Shown piece by piece: positions 51,293-63,552 of a DNA stretch of 64,000 nucleotides (its first letter is position 1; the number at the start of each line of letters is the position of its first letter). Position numbers and translations under genes: made by a program. Source of the DNA: Octopus sinensis (Eukaryota); contig NC_043003.1 of NCBI RefSeq assembly GCF_006345805.1, positions 114,886,001 to 114,950,000 of the forward strand. The letters run 5' to 3'. The notes beneath the pieces were generated by a model, which saw only the letters and a list, made by a program, of their open reading frames with translations, ran no database searches and was not told the DNA's origin.

Positions 51293-51521
51293 AATTTCTT
51301 AGATATGTTTGAAACGTCCCAGAATTCTGCACCTGCGAATTTTCTGATGGAATTACCATTTCTCATTTGTTTTCCGCGAATAAAAGAGCAATAAAAACAT
51401 TCCATGCTCAACAGCGATAATACAAATAATGATATTCACTCGCTCTCTTCTGCTCAAAATAACAAAAGATAACAAGATAAATAATAGCAATTTGAAAATG
51501 ATATACAAGAACAACGACAGT

Positions 51522-51526
51522 AATAC

Positions 51527-51562
<36 letters not shown>

Positions 51563-51812
51563 CACTGCTGCACTACTACTGCTACTACTGCCACCACCAC
51601 CACCACCACCACCACTACTACACTACTACTATTACTACCACCACCACCACCACCAACACCAACACCACTACTACTACTACTACACTACTACTACTACTGC
51701 AACTACTACTACTGCTACTACTACTACTGCTGCTGTAACTGCTACTGCTATTACTACTACTATAACTACTACTACGACCACTACTACTATCACCACTGCT
51801 ACAACCACTACT
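51522..51812. repeat. (ACT)n/(ACC)n microsatellite
   Basis: Direct reading. Confidence 0.93.
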
Positions 51813-52316
51813 ACAAGGGGCTAAGCATAGAGGGGGCAAACAAGTACCAGTGAAACACTGGGGTCGATGTTTTCGACTAGTTCCTCCTCACAAGTCTCAG
51901 GCCTTTAGTAAAAAGGATTATCATTATCATCAAAGCAGCCATCTGACGAAATGTTTGGCAGTATTTTGCTCGTCGCTGCGTTCTGAGTTCAAATTCCGTC
52001 GAGGCAGTATGCAAAGCTTTCCACTTCTAACTCTTCTTCCTTTCTGATGAAGAGCGTTACTAATATCAGAAAAAAAAAAAAACAGAACAAAAGAAATTCA
52101 ATAAAATATTTAAGATATTGTGCTTTTAAGGACCAAATTCGACCGTGCCACTCTTCATTTAGTGGAAGAAGAGGTCCTTAATCAAGGTTTTAACAAATTT
52201 TAACAACAGTAAGTAAAATGTTTTCAGTTCTATTAAACATTCGGCAGCCAATAAGACGTACGTCAAACAGCAACATCATCATCATCATCATCATCATCAA
52301 CAGTAGTAATGATTAC

Positions 52317-52356
<40 letters not shown>

Positions 52357-53039
52357 CTGAGGATGGTCATGATGATGATGATTGATGATGATGATGATAA
52401 TGCTGATGATGGTCATGATGATGATGATGATGATGATGATGAGTACATTGGGATGTTAGACAAGGGTGTGGTTTCACACAACAGATAGGGGGGAATGAAC
52501 ACGAATCAAAGGTTGTGAGAAAAAAAAATGATTTTGGGGGATTTCCTCGTAAAGACTGGCGCAACTTTTGAAGCAAGAAGACCAGATCTGAGGAGATTCG
52601 TTTGTCACCAAACCTCAATATTAAGTACCTGTTAAATAAATTAGTTTTCCATTAGATTCAAATTAACTTAAAAAAAAGCATTTTCCTTCCTACTTGCGTA
52701 ACATTTAAATTCCTAAAACTTACAATTTGTTCATTCATAGGTATATGAAAATTAGCTACCCGAAACACCCTGATGGCTATAATGCTGAGCCTATAGTTGA
52801 AAGCACATGTATTTCTTCTGTCTGTCTGTCTGTCTGTCTCCCTGTGCTCCCTTATCTTTTTACCACCATTTTCTCCATGTCTTTCTTTCTCTCTCTCTTT
52901 CTTTCTTTCTCTCTCTATTTCTTTCTCTCACTCTTTCTTTCTCTCCCTCTATCACTTTCATCGCTACTTTTAAAGATTACTTGTTCCTTTTATCTATTTA
53001 TTGTCTCTCTCTATCTCTCTTGCTGTCAGTGCCGGGGTA

Positions 53040-53771
53040 GTGAGGAGAGTTGAGCACCCATCACTTATAATATGCCCCAATGGCCCTACACAAGACTTAT
53101 CCGCTGACAGTCAAGCCCGACTTCTGCTGCAAACCAACAGGAAATGAATTTGAAAGGGCGAGTATCTGGCGCCTTCAAATAACCAGTGCTCCAAGTAGGC
53201 TGCACTAGTTAGCCTTCGATGGCAAGCAGCCTCGGAAATGGAACGTTCTGAGTTCAAAACCATGGGAGCAAGGACCCTGCCGCCTTGGCGGACTACCACG
53301 GGAGAGATGGTCTATCGATAAAAATACAGGTTGGTAGTAACCTGAAAACATACCTCATTTGTGATAGTAAATGCCAAGAAAAATAAATCCCGATAACGGT
53401 GAGAACAGGACTAGAACCAATGGTGAAGTTGCCGCACATGGCAGGTGCTCCCCTGTGCAGCAGGGTGGGCCCGATCGTAATCCAGTAACTGCTAGCCATG
53501 CTACAAGATATAAGTGGAGAAAACATGAACGTTATGGAGTGTTACAACCGGAGCACCGCAGTGGAAGGCAATGGATCTGTTTGAATTTAGTGAACTTACT
53601 AAATACGAAAGTTGTGGTCAATGAAGAGCTTGAAGAGTAGACGTGATAGCAATAGTAATTGGTGCCCTTGGAAGTATCAGCACTAAACTACCAACATGGC
53701 TACAAAAGATAGGTGCATGTCTGAAGGTAGAAGCTCCTAGAAAAATCAGTATTGCTTGGGGTCTTGAAGCA

Positions 53772-53772
<1 letters not shown>
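53040..53772 (+). mobile_element. Internally deleted R4/Dong element (5' UTR and N-terminus fused to C-terminus, subfamily C)
   Basis: ORF 53371 has SPVQQGGPDRNPVTA...RYKWRKHE, then out-of-frame VMECYNR, typical of the R4/Dong N-terminus. Within ~60 bp it switches to RVDVIAIVIGALGSISTKLPTWLQKIGACLKVE. The 5' boundary is uncertain. Confidence 0.65.
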
Positions 53773-53774
<2 letters not shown>

Positions 53775-53846
<72 letters not shown>

Positions 53847-53890
53847 ATTATTATTATTATTATTATATTATTATTATTATTATTATTATT
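53775..53890. repeat. (TTA)n microsatellite
   Basis: Direct reading. Confidence 0.97.
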
Positions 53891-53892
53891 CT

Positions 53893-55382
53893 ATGTTTGA
53901 GTTTTGCTTTATGTCTGTACAAGTTGGCTCCAAGTCTCACGCAGAGACCTCAAGAGACAACAGGTTGGAAGTTCTGTGCCATATATTTGGGGGATTTTGG
54001 GGGGCTTTTTTGGTGTTGTACTAGTGAATGTCTAATACATAAAAAAAATTTTTTTTTTTAATTAAATTAAATTAAATTAAAAAAAAATTTTTTTTAAGTT
54101 TGTTCTAAACCTTGGAATTACATAGAGAGTATTTTGCGTAGGATATGAGCAGTTCCCATGAGCACTATCTTTTGAATTTCTACCATTTTGGGGTTTCCTG
54201 GTATCTGAGTTAGGTAGCAATCAGTCCCTTTCGCTATCATTCCCAGGGCACCTATGACAACAGGTATTGTTTTAGTCTTCAGCTTCCACATTTTGCTGAT
54301 TTCTATTTCAAGATCTTTATATTTGCTCAGTTTTTGGTAGGTCTTGACAGATACGTTTATATCGATTGGGACAGTCATATCAATGAGGAGGCATGTTCTT
54401 TGTCTGAAGTCTTCCAATATGATGTCTGGCCTATTTGCATCTATCTTCCTGTCAGTTTGAATGGTGAAGTTCCAGAGGAGTGAGATGTGGTCATTTTCAA
54501 GCACTGGAGGTGGATTGAGTTCCCACCAGTTTTTTTCATGGGGCAAATCCAGGTTTTTGCAAATTACCCAGTGAATATATTGTGCAGCTCTATCATGCCT
54601 ACTGAGGTACTCTGCAGGCGCTAGAAGACTGCATTTGGAGACAACATGATCAATGGTTTCATTTTGTTGTCGGCATACACGACATGTTGGGCTACTGCCG
54701 TTCTTTAATATGTTGGCCTGGTAGTTTTTTGTTGGTAGGCATTGATCTTGAGCTGCTATGATAAACCCCTCTGTTTCAGATTTTAAGCCAGAGGCCATTA
54801 GCCATTGATGGGTCAGGGCTTTGTCGATATCTGCATTATTCGCTCCCTTTGGGTATTTGCCATAGAGAGGTTTTTCTTGCCATTTATTATTCAGAATATC
54901 TAAGGCCGCAGTTTTGGCAGGGTTTTCATGCGCTTAGCTTTTTCTGTGCTTGTTTCTTGTATGTCTATCTCTAATTCCCAAATTGGTTGTATTCGGAATT
55001 CACTTAGATATTCCTTTGCCTGTTTTGTGACTGAGTATGATGCTTTCTTGTTTTCACGTTTTGAGACAAGTTTTAACATCCAGTCCTCAGAGTTTTTCAG
55101 ATAGGTGTCTAGGCCAATTGTAGCAATCTTCATTGCTATTGCCAGTTGCAAAAGACCACGGCCTCCCTCTTTTCTTGGCAGATAGAGTCGTTCTGTATCT
55201 GCCTTAGGGTGGTGCATTCTATGCATTGTCAACAGTTTCCTTATTTTTCTGTCGAGCTGACATATTTCAGTAATTGACCAGTTAACAATATTGAAACTGT
55301 AAGTCACGACTGGTATGGCTAATGCATTGATCGCTTCGATCCTGTTTCTTGCATTCAGCTCTGTCTTGAGTATTGCTCTCAC
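53893..55382 (-). mobile_element. 5'-truncated R4/Dong element (subfamily A), 1.5 kb
   Basis: ORFs 54900-55382 (VRAILKTELNARNRIEAINALAIPV...HHPKADTERLYLPRKEGGRGL) and 54118-54798 (CRVCRQQNETIDHVVSKC, RHD, ANRPDIILED, LIDMTVP, KLSKYKDL). The 3' UTR matches the 11317 copy and abuts TAA on the sense strand. Confidence 0.95.
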
Positions 55383-55449
55383 TCTTCTTCTTCTTCTTCT
55401 TCTTCTTCTTCTTCTTCTTCTTCTTCTTCTTCTTCTTCTTCTTCTTCTT

Positions 55450-55520
<71 letters not shown>
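55383..55520. repeat. (TTC)n followed by (TTA)n
   Basis: Direct reading. Confidence 0.97.
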
Positions 55521-55522
<2 letters not shown>

Positions 55523-55960
55523 TTTTCCTTTGCACAGCTTCTAACGCTGGAAATGTACTATAGTGTCAGCTGTTCACTAACAGTGAACTAAGGTAACACC
55601 TCTTATTTTTCGAGTACCATCCAGAGTATTCAAGCGGTTCCAAGCAGTACTGTTTTCTGCAAGTGCTCCACCCTTATTGCAGCCCATATTTGTTCCACGT
55701 ACTTCTCGAGATTTTTACTCACTGTTCCCAGGGCTCCGACAATTATTGGTACTACTGCTATCTTTTTCATCGACCTCAACTGCTTCACCTCCCAAGCTAA
55801 TCTGTCATATCTCTCTACCTTTGTTTCTTCCTTATATCATTACTTGTTGTCAGCTGGATATGCTATATCTATGATCCAGAATAGTTTGATTTCTTTCTCA
55901 ATTAAGACTATGTCTGGCTTCCTATTCATCACATTCAGCAAATATTTTGATCCCGTAGCC
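55521..55960 (-). mobile_element. R4/Dong 3' fragment (subfamily B)
   Basis: NRKPDIVLIEKE...WIIDIAYPAD.K...EETKVERYDRLAWEVKQL..MKKIAVVPIIVGALG...LQKTVLLGTA*ILWMVLEK*, then 3' UTR and sense-strand TAA. Confidence 0.88.
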
Positions 55961-55982
55961 TTGAACTCCATCTTGTCGGAAC

Positions 55983-56484
55983 CGACTGAAAGCGTTATCA
56001 TGTACATTGTTCTGTCTTGGTATAAAAGTTGGGCTACAGCAAATATTCTGCTCAATATCAGAGATTTGCTTGTCGGTTGTTTGACCTTAACCAGTTGAGC
56101 ATAATTGATCTCTGGAAACATGGGTATTTCGTTCAAAACACTTAACCTTTACGCAGGGAAAGTTTGAGGAGGATGGGTTACTCGTCCTGAAGAAAATTCT
56201 AACTGGGCCCCAGCTGCAAGGTTATGTGCTGTTTATCTTGATATGAGATCAATATATCATACACATATATTTGTTATGACAAATATATATGCATGACATA
56301 TTGATCTCGTATCTAGATAAACAGCACACGTCCTTGCAACTGGGGCCCAGTTAGAATTTCCTTCAGGTCGAGTATCCTTATCAAACGGGTGTATCCTTAA
56401 TAAACGGCTAGTCTTCATGGTTATACTTGGCTTCGTATACTTTACCCCAGTGTCACTTTGATGGCATGCACTGCTCTCTCACTC
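55983..56484 (+). mobile_element. Family E element lacking the first ~45 bp
   Basis: Homologous to 10721-11265. Ends CTGCTCTCTCACTC followed by (TAA)n at 56487-56590. Confidence 0.85.
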
Positions 56485-56485
56485 G

Positions 56486-56548
<63 letters not shown>

Positions 56549-57937
56549 TAATAATAATAATAATAACAACAACAACAACAATAATAATAATAGGCCTGAA
56601 ATATTAGAAGAGTCAATAATATCAACCTCAGTGCCCGACTGTTATATTTTTGTGGTGGTGATAGTGGTTGTGGTGGCGGGGTGTCTACACAGCACGTTGC
56701 GTAGAATTAGCAACATCATCCAGAATAGAGGTTATGCTAGCAATATACTAGTAGCTAACAATGAAAATGGAAAACACAAAAGATCACGTCAGTATTTGAA
56801 CTCAGAAACTCATAACATGAAAGAAACAAACCAAACAATGCCTGTTATTTATTATAGAAGCCTAATGTTTTTACCATTGCAGCGTTTCTCTTCCCTAATA
56901 GTTTTGATAGCAGAAGTAGTATTACTTTCTTTGTAAACTATCTATAACGAAATGTCAACTTAGCTTAATTGCTAAGAAAATTGACTCCAGACAAAAAGGA
57001 AACGAATTCAAACTGCTTTTTATTGGTGCTGGTTACATTTCGGTGGCTATCTAATGGCAATTTGGTGAACTCTTGTTGAATTTGTTTGTCTTTTATCTAC
57101 GTTTCCTTCTATTGTATAGAATAAATGAATAAATAAGTAGCTTGATAGTATCATGTTGTTAGAAATGGCAAGCTAGATTTATGAAGTGGAATTGTTATTT
57201 TATTTTGTAAAGTTTAGTGATGACATTGCAATAACGTTTTGAACTGAAAGTAGAAATATAAGAGGGAAAATTGGAAGCTAGGAGTACACCGAATGGGGAC
57301 CCACACAAGCATCATATACCCAAATTCTAACCAACTCATTTAAAGAACCAATATTAATCTTGACGTGGGTATTTAGTTGGCAGAAATTGTAGAAGGACGA
57401 GTAAAATATATTACAGAGTTTTGTTACGTTTCGTCACAATACGCTTACAGTTGAAATCCCCAGCGATTAGGCATCGCTTTGAAAGAAAAGATTTTGAAAC
57501 AGATTTAATAAGCCATTGGGTGCCAGCTGCATCCAGACAGCCTAAACTATTTTCAGGATAACCAGTTGTCAAGATAGCTGACGGAGATTTTCGTTGTTAA
57601 GCAAACTTTCTTGTTACAGCCTTACAAGTTTCGTGTCATACACTTCACAGGCAAAAAATAGTTACCAAACAACGAACAACAAAAGAGGCATTTCTTGTTT
57701 GCGTCTGTCTCTACAAAATACCAACGGAAAACGAGTACCTATTATATTTAACGAACGATTTTATTGTCTCGGCAAAAAAACTAAATCGAACTCTTGCTTC
57801 ATCGCTAGAATAATACATATCTTATTTAAGAACTTTAAAGATTACGATCGATAATTCTGCACATAATTGTCACATATTTCATAGTCACTTATACGATCAA
57901 ACGTAATAGAGGAAAAGTTTCTACAATTATTTATGAT

Positions 57938-58335
57938 AGGCGTAGGAGTGGCTGCGTGGGTAAGTAGCTTGTTTACCGACCACATGGTTCCGGGTTCAGT
58001 CCCACTACGTGGCACCTTGGGCAAGTGTCTTCTACTATAGCCTCGGGCCGACCAAAGCCTTGTGAGTGGATTTGGTAGATGGAAACTGAAAGAAGCCCGT
58101 CGTATATATGTATATATATATATATGTATGTGTTTGTGTGTCTGTGTTTGTCCTCCCAACATCGCTTCACAACCGATGCTGGTGTGTTTACGTCCCCGTA
58201 ACTTAGCGGTTCGGCAAAAGAGACCGATAGAATAAGTACTAGGCTTACAAATAATAAATCCTAGGGTCGATTTGCTCGACTAAAGGTGGTGCTCCAGCAT
58301 GATCACAGTAAAATGACTGAAACAAATAAAGAGAG
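57938..58335 (+). mobile_element. SINE family A, full length
   Basis: Matches the other family A copies. Confidence 0.92.
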
Positions 58336-58624
58336 AGATACGGAGGCCTGAGAAAATTATCCTCGAATTCATGCATTTCAAAAGGAATATAATAATTTTG
58401 TAAAATGTTTTCAAATTAAGCATACTTGATATTGTAGGAGATGATGATGACACGACCTTTTTATGATGATGGAGTTCAAAAAAATTGAAAATATTTAGCT
58501 CTAGCACACGCTCATAGGAATATAATATAAATACAGTCAATTGAAGACCGTTTCTTTACTCCATATGTGTTGATTTCGTTAATAGTTGAGCGTTTTAACT
58601 CATATTTTCAGTAATAAACTTCAA

Positions 58625-58750
58625 AACCACATGGTTCCAATTTCGGTCCTTATGTGTGACACCTTGGGTAAGCGTCTTCTGCTATAGCCTCAGGCCGGCC
58701 AAATCCTTGTGAGTGGATTTGGTAGAAGGAAACTGAAACAAGCCTGTCAT
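58625..58750 (+). mobile_element. SINE family A, partial 5' half
   Basis: AACCACATGGTTCC...TTGTGAGTGGATTTGGTAGAAGGAAACTGAAACAAGCCTGTC, then (AC)n(TA)n. Confidence 0.75.
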
Positions 58751-58757
58751 ACACACA

Positions 58758-58859
<102 letters not shown>

Positions 58860-58917
58860 ATATATATAATATATATATATAATATATATATATATATAGA
58901 TATATATATATATATAT

Positions 58918-59075
58918 ACCGGAGTAAACACATAAATGTGAAACAAGGTGGAAAAAAGAGTACTCAAATACCAGTGGTAGAGTAATATGCTTTATTTTAA
59001 GCAGCAGAAAATTCAACAAAATCTGTTACTCTGAGTTTCTCGTTGCCGTTCATCAGACAGTTTTTGCTAGAATGG
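58918..59075 (-). mobile_element. Penelope-like mini-element carrying a minimal hammerhead
   Basis: Same family as 21897-22020, with the same TA-tract junction (TATATACCGGAGTAAACACATAAATGTG). Confidence 0.78.
59023..59060 (-). ncRNA. Minimal type I hammerhead ribozyme motif
   Basis: Minus strand: CTGT CTGATGA ACG GCAA CGA GAAA CTCAGAG TA ACAG. 4-bp stem I, GCAA tetraloop on stem II, near-palindromic stem III, GUA site. Base 11.1 is A here but T in the 22030 copy. Confidence 0.78.
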
Positions 59076-60275
59076 AACCGATATATCAATTCAATCTAGA
59101 CTATATATATATATATAATAGACTATACTATGCAGTACTGTTACTACTTATTTCCCGCTCAGAGATAAAAAAATTACTTGTTTTTCTCTTTACGATGTCA
59201 GTGATTATGTGTCACTTTAAAAGTATATAATGTGAGCGAGGTCGAGTGGCTGCTATCTCTAGCCAGCGAGTGTCCTGTACCGAGGAAAGGAAATTACCCA
59301 GAAACCATAAGTCTGCAGGCATCGGCCACAGATGATGTGTTGGTAGCCTGCTGGAAAATATGTTTTCCTGGGGCTAAACTGAAGAAAGTTCTTTTCATAT
59401 TTCACGGTGGGCGACCAGGATTGCCGGGTGTGAAAATAAGAATACAAGAGTTACGGAATGCAGTAGATAAATTCCGTGCTATATTAGCTTCATAGCGAGC
59501 GGTACCTCAGAAGTGGTAAATATCCAAGCGAAGTGTATACCGCAGGATACTGTTCAGGCTAAGGATATCTTGGTTAAATGAAAGTTTACATCGTCGCAAA
59601 GATTTGCATGCTGACACATTGGAAGATTCAAGCAGAATGTGTAGAGGGCACAGTCGGAGAGGAGAATATAAATATAAGTATTAAATATAAATATAAGTAT
59701 TAAAAGAAGGGAAAAAAAAGAAAATGTAAGGGTGCGAGAGGAATGAGGAATATATGCAAGGTTATTTGACCAGCAGTAATGAATAGGGCTGTGTTGGTCG
59801 AATCATAGAAGTCAGGAAGACGAATGGAATTTGAAAATAAGATAATGTGGACGGAAGAGGGAGGGGAAATATTTGAGAACAATGGGGAGAAAAAAGTGTG
59901 TATGAATAAAGCAAGATAGAATGAGGAAAATCAGTAAGATCATTTGACCGGTAGTATTCAAAAGGGTTGCTATGGACGAACCACAGAAAATAGCATGGGG
60001 AGTGGTATTAGAAATAAATAGTGCGGAGGGAACAGGGCGGGGAAATATTTTAGAGCAAGGGGGAGGGAAAATATATATGCATGAAGAAAGCAAGAAAGAG
60101 TGGGGTGGAATCGTGGCGGCTACTACTGATTCGCAATTCAGGAATGTATTTTGTGAACGATGAGCGCGTTCACAGTATGAAGTAGTAGAGGTGTACGTTG
60201 GTGTATGTATTTGTAAGTGTACGAAGGGAGGGGAGGTAGGTGAAAGAAGAGAAATATAAATAAATAAAGTAATAT

Positions 60276-60693
60276 AGGCGCAGGAGCGGCTGTGTGGTAA
60301 GTAGCTTGCTTACCAACCACATGGTTCCGGGTTCAGTCTCACTGCGTGGCACCTTGGGCAAGTGTCTTCTGCTATAGCCCCGGGCCGACCAATGCCTTGT
60401 GAGTGGATTTGGTAGACGGAAACTGAAAGAAGCCTGTCGTATATATGTATATATATATATATATGTATGTGTGTGTATGTTTGTGTGTCTGTGTTTGTCC
60501 CCCTAGCATTGCTTGACACCCGATGCTGGTGTGTTTATGTCCCCGTCACATAGTGGTTCGGCAAAAAGAGACCGATAGAATAAGTACTGGGCTTACAAAG
60601 AATAAGTGCCGGGGTCGAGTTGCTCGATTAAATGCGGTGCTCCAGCATGGCCGCAGTCAAATGACTGAAACAAGTAAAAGAGTAAAAGAGTAA
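60276..60693 (+). mobile_element. SINE family A, full length, inserted downstream of the Penelope ORF
   Basis: Near-identical to 45999-46413. Confidence 0.93.
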
Positions 60694-60812
60694 GCAAAGA
60701 TACAGAGGGAAGTATGCAAATGACAATAAGGTATTAAAGTGATAATGAGGTGAGTGTGGATAAGAGGGGAAATTTATGAAGGTTAGAGAGTAAAAGCGGG
60801 ATAGAGCTCTTG

Positions 60813-61220
60813 TTATTTGTATCTTGAGAATAGATTTAGTGAACGATGGTTGCAGGTAAAAATGATACTGCTGCATTCATTAAGACTATCTGTGGATTGC
60901 AAAATAGCTAAGGCCTCGGCTATGCAGAGATCACACATGTTATAGCTGCTGTATGGCTTGGCATGGGTGACTATGGACCACATGAGAGTGTAAGTAATTG
61001 AATCAATCTTTAGTTTATTGATAAGCTGAGAGAACGATGTACTGTTGGATTTTGTTTAGGAATTGAAACTGGAGTCGTGGTGTCTCACTCTAGCTTTGAA
61101 GGTGGTGATACATGAACCGATATATATGTAGTTACAGTAGGTAGTTGATACTGTATTCTGACAAAATGATGCTTTTTGTGAGACAGCGATTATTTAAAGG
61201 ATAGAAGCTGCATAGGTTAG
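60813..61220 (-). pseudogene. Decayed Penelope-like element GIY-YIG endonuclease domain (Neptune-like)
   Basis: LCSFYPLNNRCLTKSII, frameshift, then YIYIGSCITTFKARVRHHDSSFNS*TKSNSTSFSQLINKLK...YTLMWSIVTHAKPYSSYNMCDLCIAEALAIL...LNECSSI..CNHR. This matches the C.C...CPL.G.CL..., YIG...FK.R...H and C.LC..E..I pattern. One stop and one frameshift. Confidence 0.82.
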
Positions 61221-62020
61221 TAGGGGATGTTCCGAATGAACTTGTGAGGGGATTGCTATTTAGGATCCTTATTATTGCTGGCGTTAAGATTAGTATTTAT
61301 TAAGGAGTGGAGGGTGGTGTTGTGGGGTTGTGTAATATGTTAATTAATATGCCCGGTCGAATCTTTTGTCGCTCTCTATTTTCGTAAGAGTTGGTTGTTG
61401 TGGTAAATTTAAGGGTCGTGTGTTACTGTTGGAGTTATGGGGGTTAGTTTTGTTGAGGAGGTCAATTGGTGTTTTGGGTTTATATGTATGGAGCTGGGGG
61501 TTAGGTTAAGTTAATCTATTCGGGTGAGGTTAGCTGGTTGAGAATTTCTGAGTTTCTTGTTAAGATGTCGGATAACTGCAGCAATGTTAATGGCAAGTAG
61601 GACAATTTTATAGATTGGGGATTAAATATTTTTCTATGGGGCCTTGATTTTGGTAAACATATATATATATATATTTATATATTACGTTATATAATTAGGG
61701 CTCAGTAAAATAATTTACTTTGCCACATACTGAAATTTTTAGAAATAGCAGCCAAAAAGTTTTTTAGCCATTTCTACTACTTTAAGAAAAGTTTCCCAGA
61801 TAGTGTTTACTCAAAAATAATTCACGTAGATATGGAGGGAAAACAGCAAAATATCACATGTACAAAGATTATTTGAGAACGCTCACGTTTCTAACGTAAT
61901 ATTTTGAATATGCCTTGAATAGTCCTTTTACATACTGAACACTACTTGGTGAAATTAATTAATAATTATTGATTTTACCCTTTATTATTGATATATATAT
62001 ATATATTATATATATATATA

Positions 62021-62097
<77 letters not shown>

Positions 62098-62220
62098 TAA
62101 AACTTACTTGGAAAAGGATGCGTGGCGTTCGATCATATAAGAGTATAAATATTATATAAATATATGCATATATACATACATATATGTACTTACCTACATA
62201 TATATGTATATATACATGTA

Positions 62221-62478
62221 TATATGGGTACAGGACATCAAAAAACCGTGGAATACAATGAGAAACGAAAGCAAAAGCAAAAATATAGAAACAAACTTTT
62301 TTTCAAACAACGAAAAAACGAGAAAAACAGAGAACAAGACATAGAACACAATGGATATTCCCCTTCTTCAGTTGTTCCTGTTTTTTTGTTGTTTGAAAAA
62401 AAGTTAATTTCTTTGTTTTTGTTTTTACGTTTTCGTTTCTCATTGTGTTCACGTTATTTTATGTCCTGTACCCATATA

Positions 62479-62480
<2 letters not shown>
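62221..62480. mobile_element. Fold-back mini-element with ~105 bp arms in (TA)n and a half hammerhead in the spacer
   Basis: TATATGGGTACAGGACATCA... is mirrored by ...ATGTCCTGTACCCATATATG. The spacer minus strand reads AACAA CTGAAGA AGGGGAATATCC and then breaks off. Confidence 0.75.
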
Positions 62481-62519
<39 letters not shown>

Positions 62520-62528
62520 TATATAATA

Positions 62529-62571
<43 letters not shown>

Positions 62572-62659
62572 GGTATGTACACATATGCATGTATATATGT
62601 ACATATTTATATATATTATGTATTATATATATATAATATATAATATATATATATATATA

Positions 62660-62812
62660 TATTTAGTTGAAATTTTCAGAAAAACAAAAGACGAAGACAG
62701 GTGTATTAGTTTAACGTTCTAGAAAGTGAGAAAGTATTTTACATTTCGAGCCTACGCTCTTCAACAGAAAGGAACACGAGGAAATTACCAGAGAGAGAAT
62801 AAAACTATATAA
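62660..62812 (-). mobile_element. Hammerhead-bearing mini-element between (TA)n tracts
   Basis: Minus strand ~62738-62770: CTTT CTGTTGA A GAGC GTAG GCTC GAAA TG TA AAAT (A6U core variant). Confidence 0.55.
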
Positions 62813-63484
62813 GAATATATATATGTGTATATATATATTTATATATATATATATATATATATCAGTGTGTGTGTGTGTATTTATGTATGAGTGTGTGTGT
62901 GCCTTTGCATCTGTGTTTGTCCGGCGATAGTCTAGGTTGAAATAATCTACTCATTCGATTATAACTTCTTCGTGCTGCAGCAAGGCCTCCGTCTGGTGAT
63001 TCGATTGTAAAAAGTGAAAGATAAAAGATCAAATAGAAATTGTTTGTTTTCTCAATGTTGCCGTAGTCAATAATAGGTTAGATAACATCATTCTTTCGTT
63101 AATACTAATTTATTATAGTTAATTCCTGCTAGGCATTAAACGACAGATTACACATGTATTTATTAGAATTGCACCACTTGAATTTAAACTGAAGAGCCAT
63201 TAATAAAATTTCAACAAATTCATTATAATAACATTTTATTTACCTTAAAAAAACATCAAATAACAAACGTGGTTAGAATAAACAGCAGCATTTGTGATGA
63301 ATTTGTGATGGAGAGTTTCAAATGATGCGAAAATGCAGCTGCATTCATAGTTCTTCTCCTTAAACTCAGCGTTTATTAACGGTAAACAAGAGTTTATTCG
63401 AGAAGGTTACGTAATTTACAACAACATACATTAACTCAATGGTAAACAAATTATTATTCGCGTCAGAATTTTTCTTCTTTTCAG

Positions 63485-63552
63485 GTAGAGTGTGTGATGG
63501 ACGAGAAGTTACAGTGAATTATACCGTCGACATTGACCTCATAATCTGTGAA
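63485..63552 (+). CDS. Candidate internal exon of an unidentified gene (68 nt, phase 1 to phase 0)
   Basis: Strong acceptor AATTTTTCTTCTTTTCAG and donor GAA|GTATGT. One frame is open: xRVCDGREVTVNYTVDIDLIICE. No homology recognised and no partner exon found. Confidence 0.3.

Noticed and set aside
59200-59670. Possible LINE remnant (ILFRLRISWLNESLHRR...)
   Set aside because: Suggestive of a LINE C-terminus but too decayed to assign a clade or boundaries.
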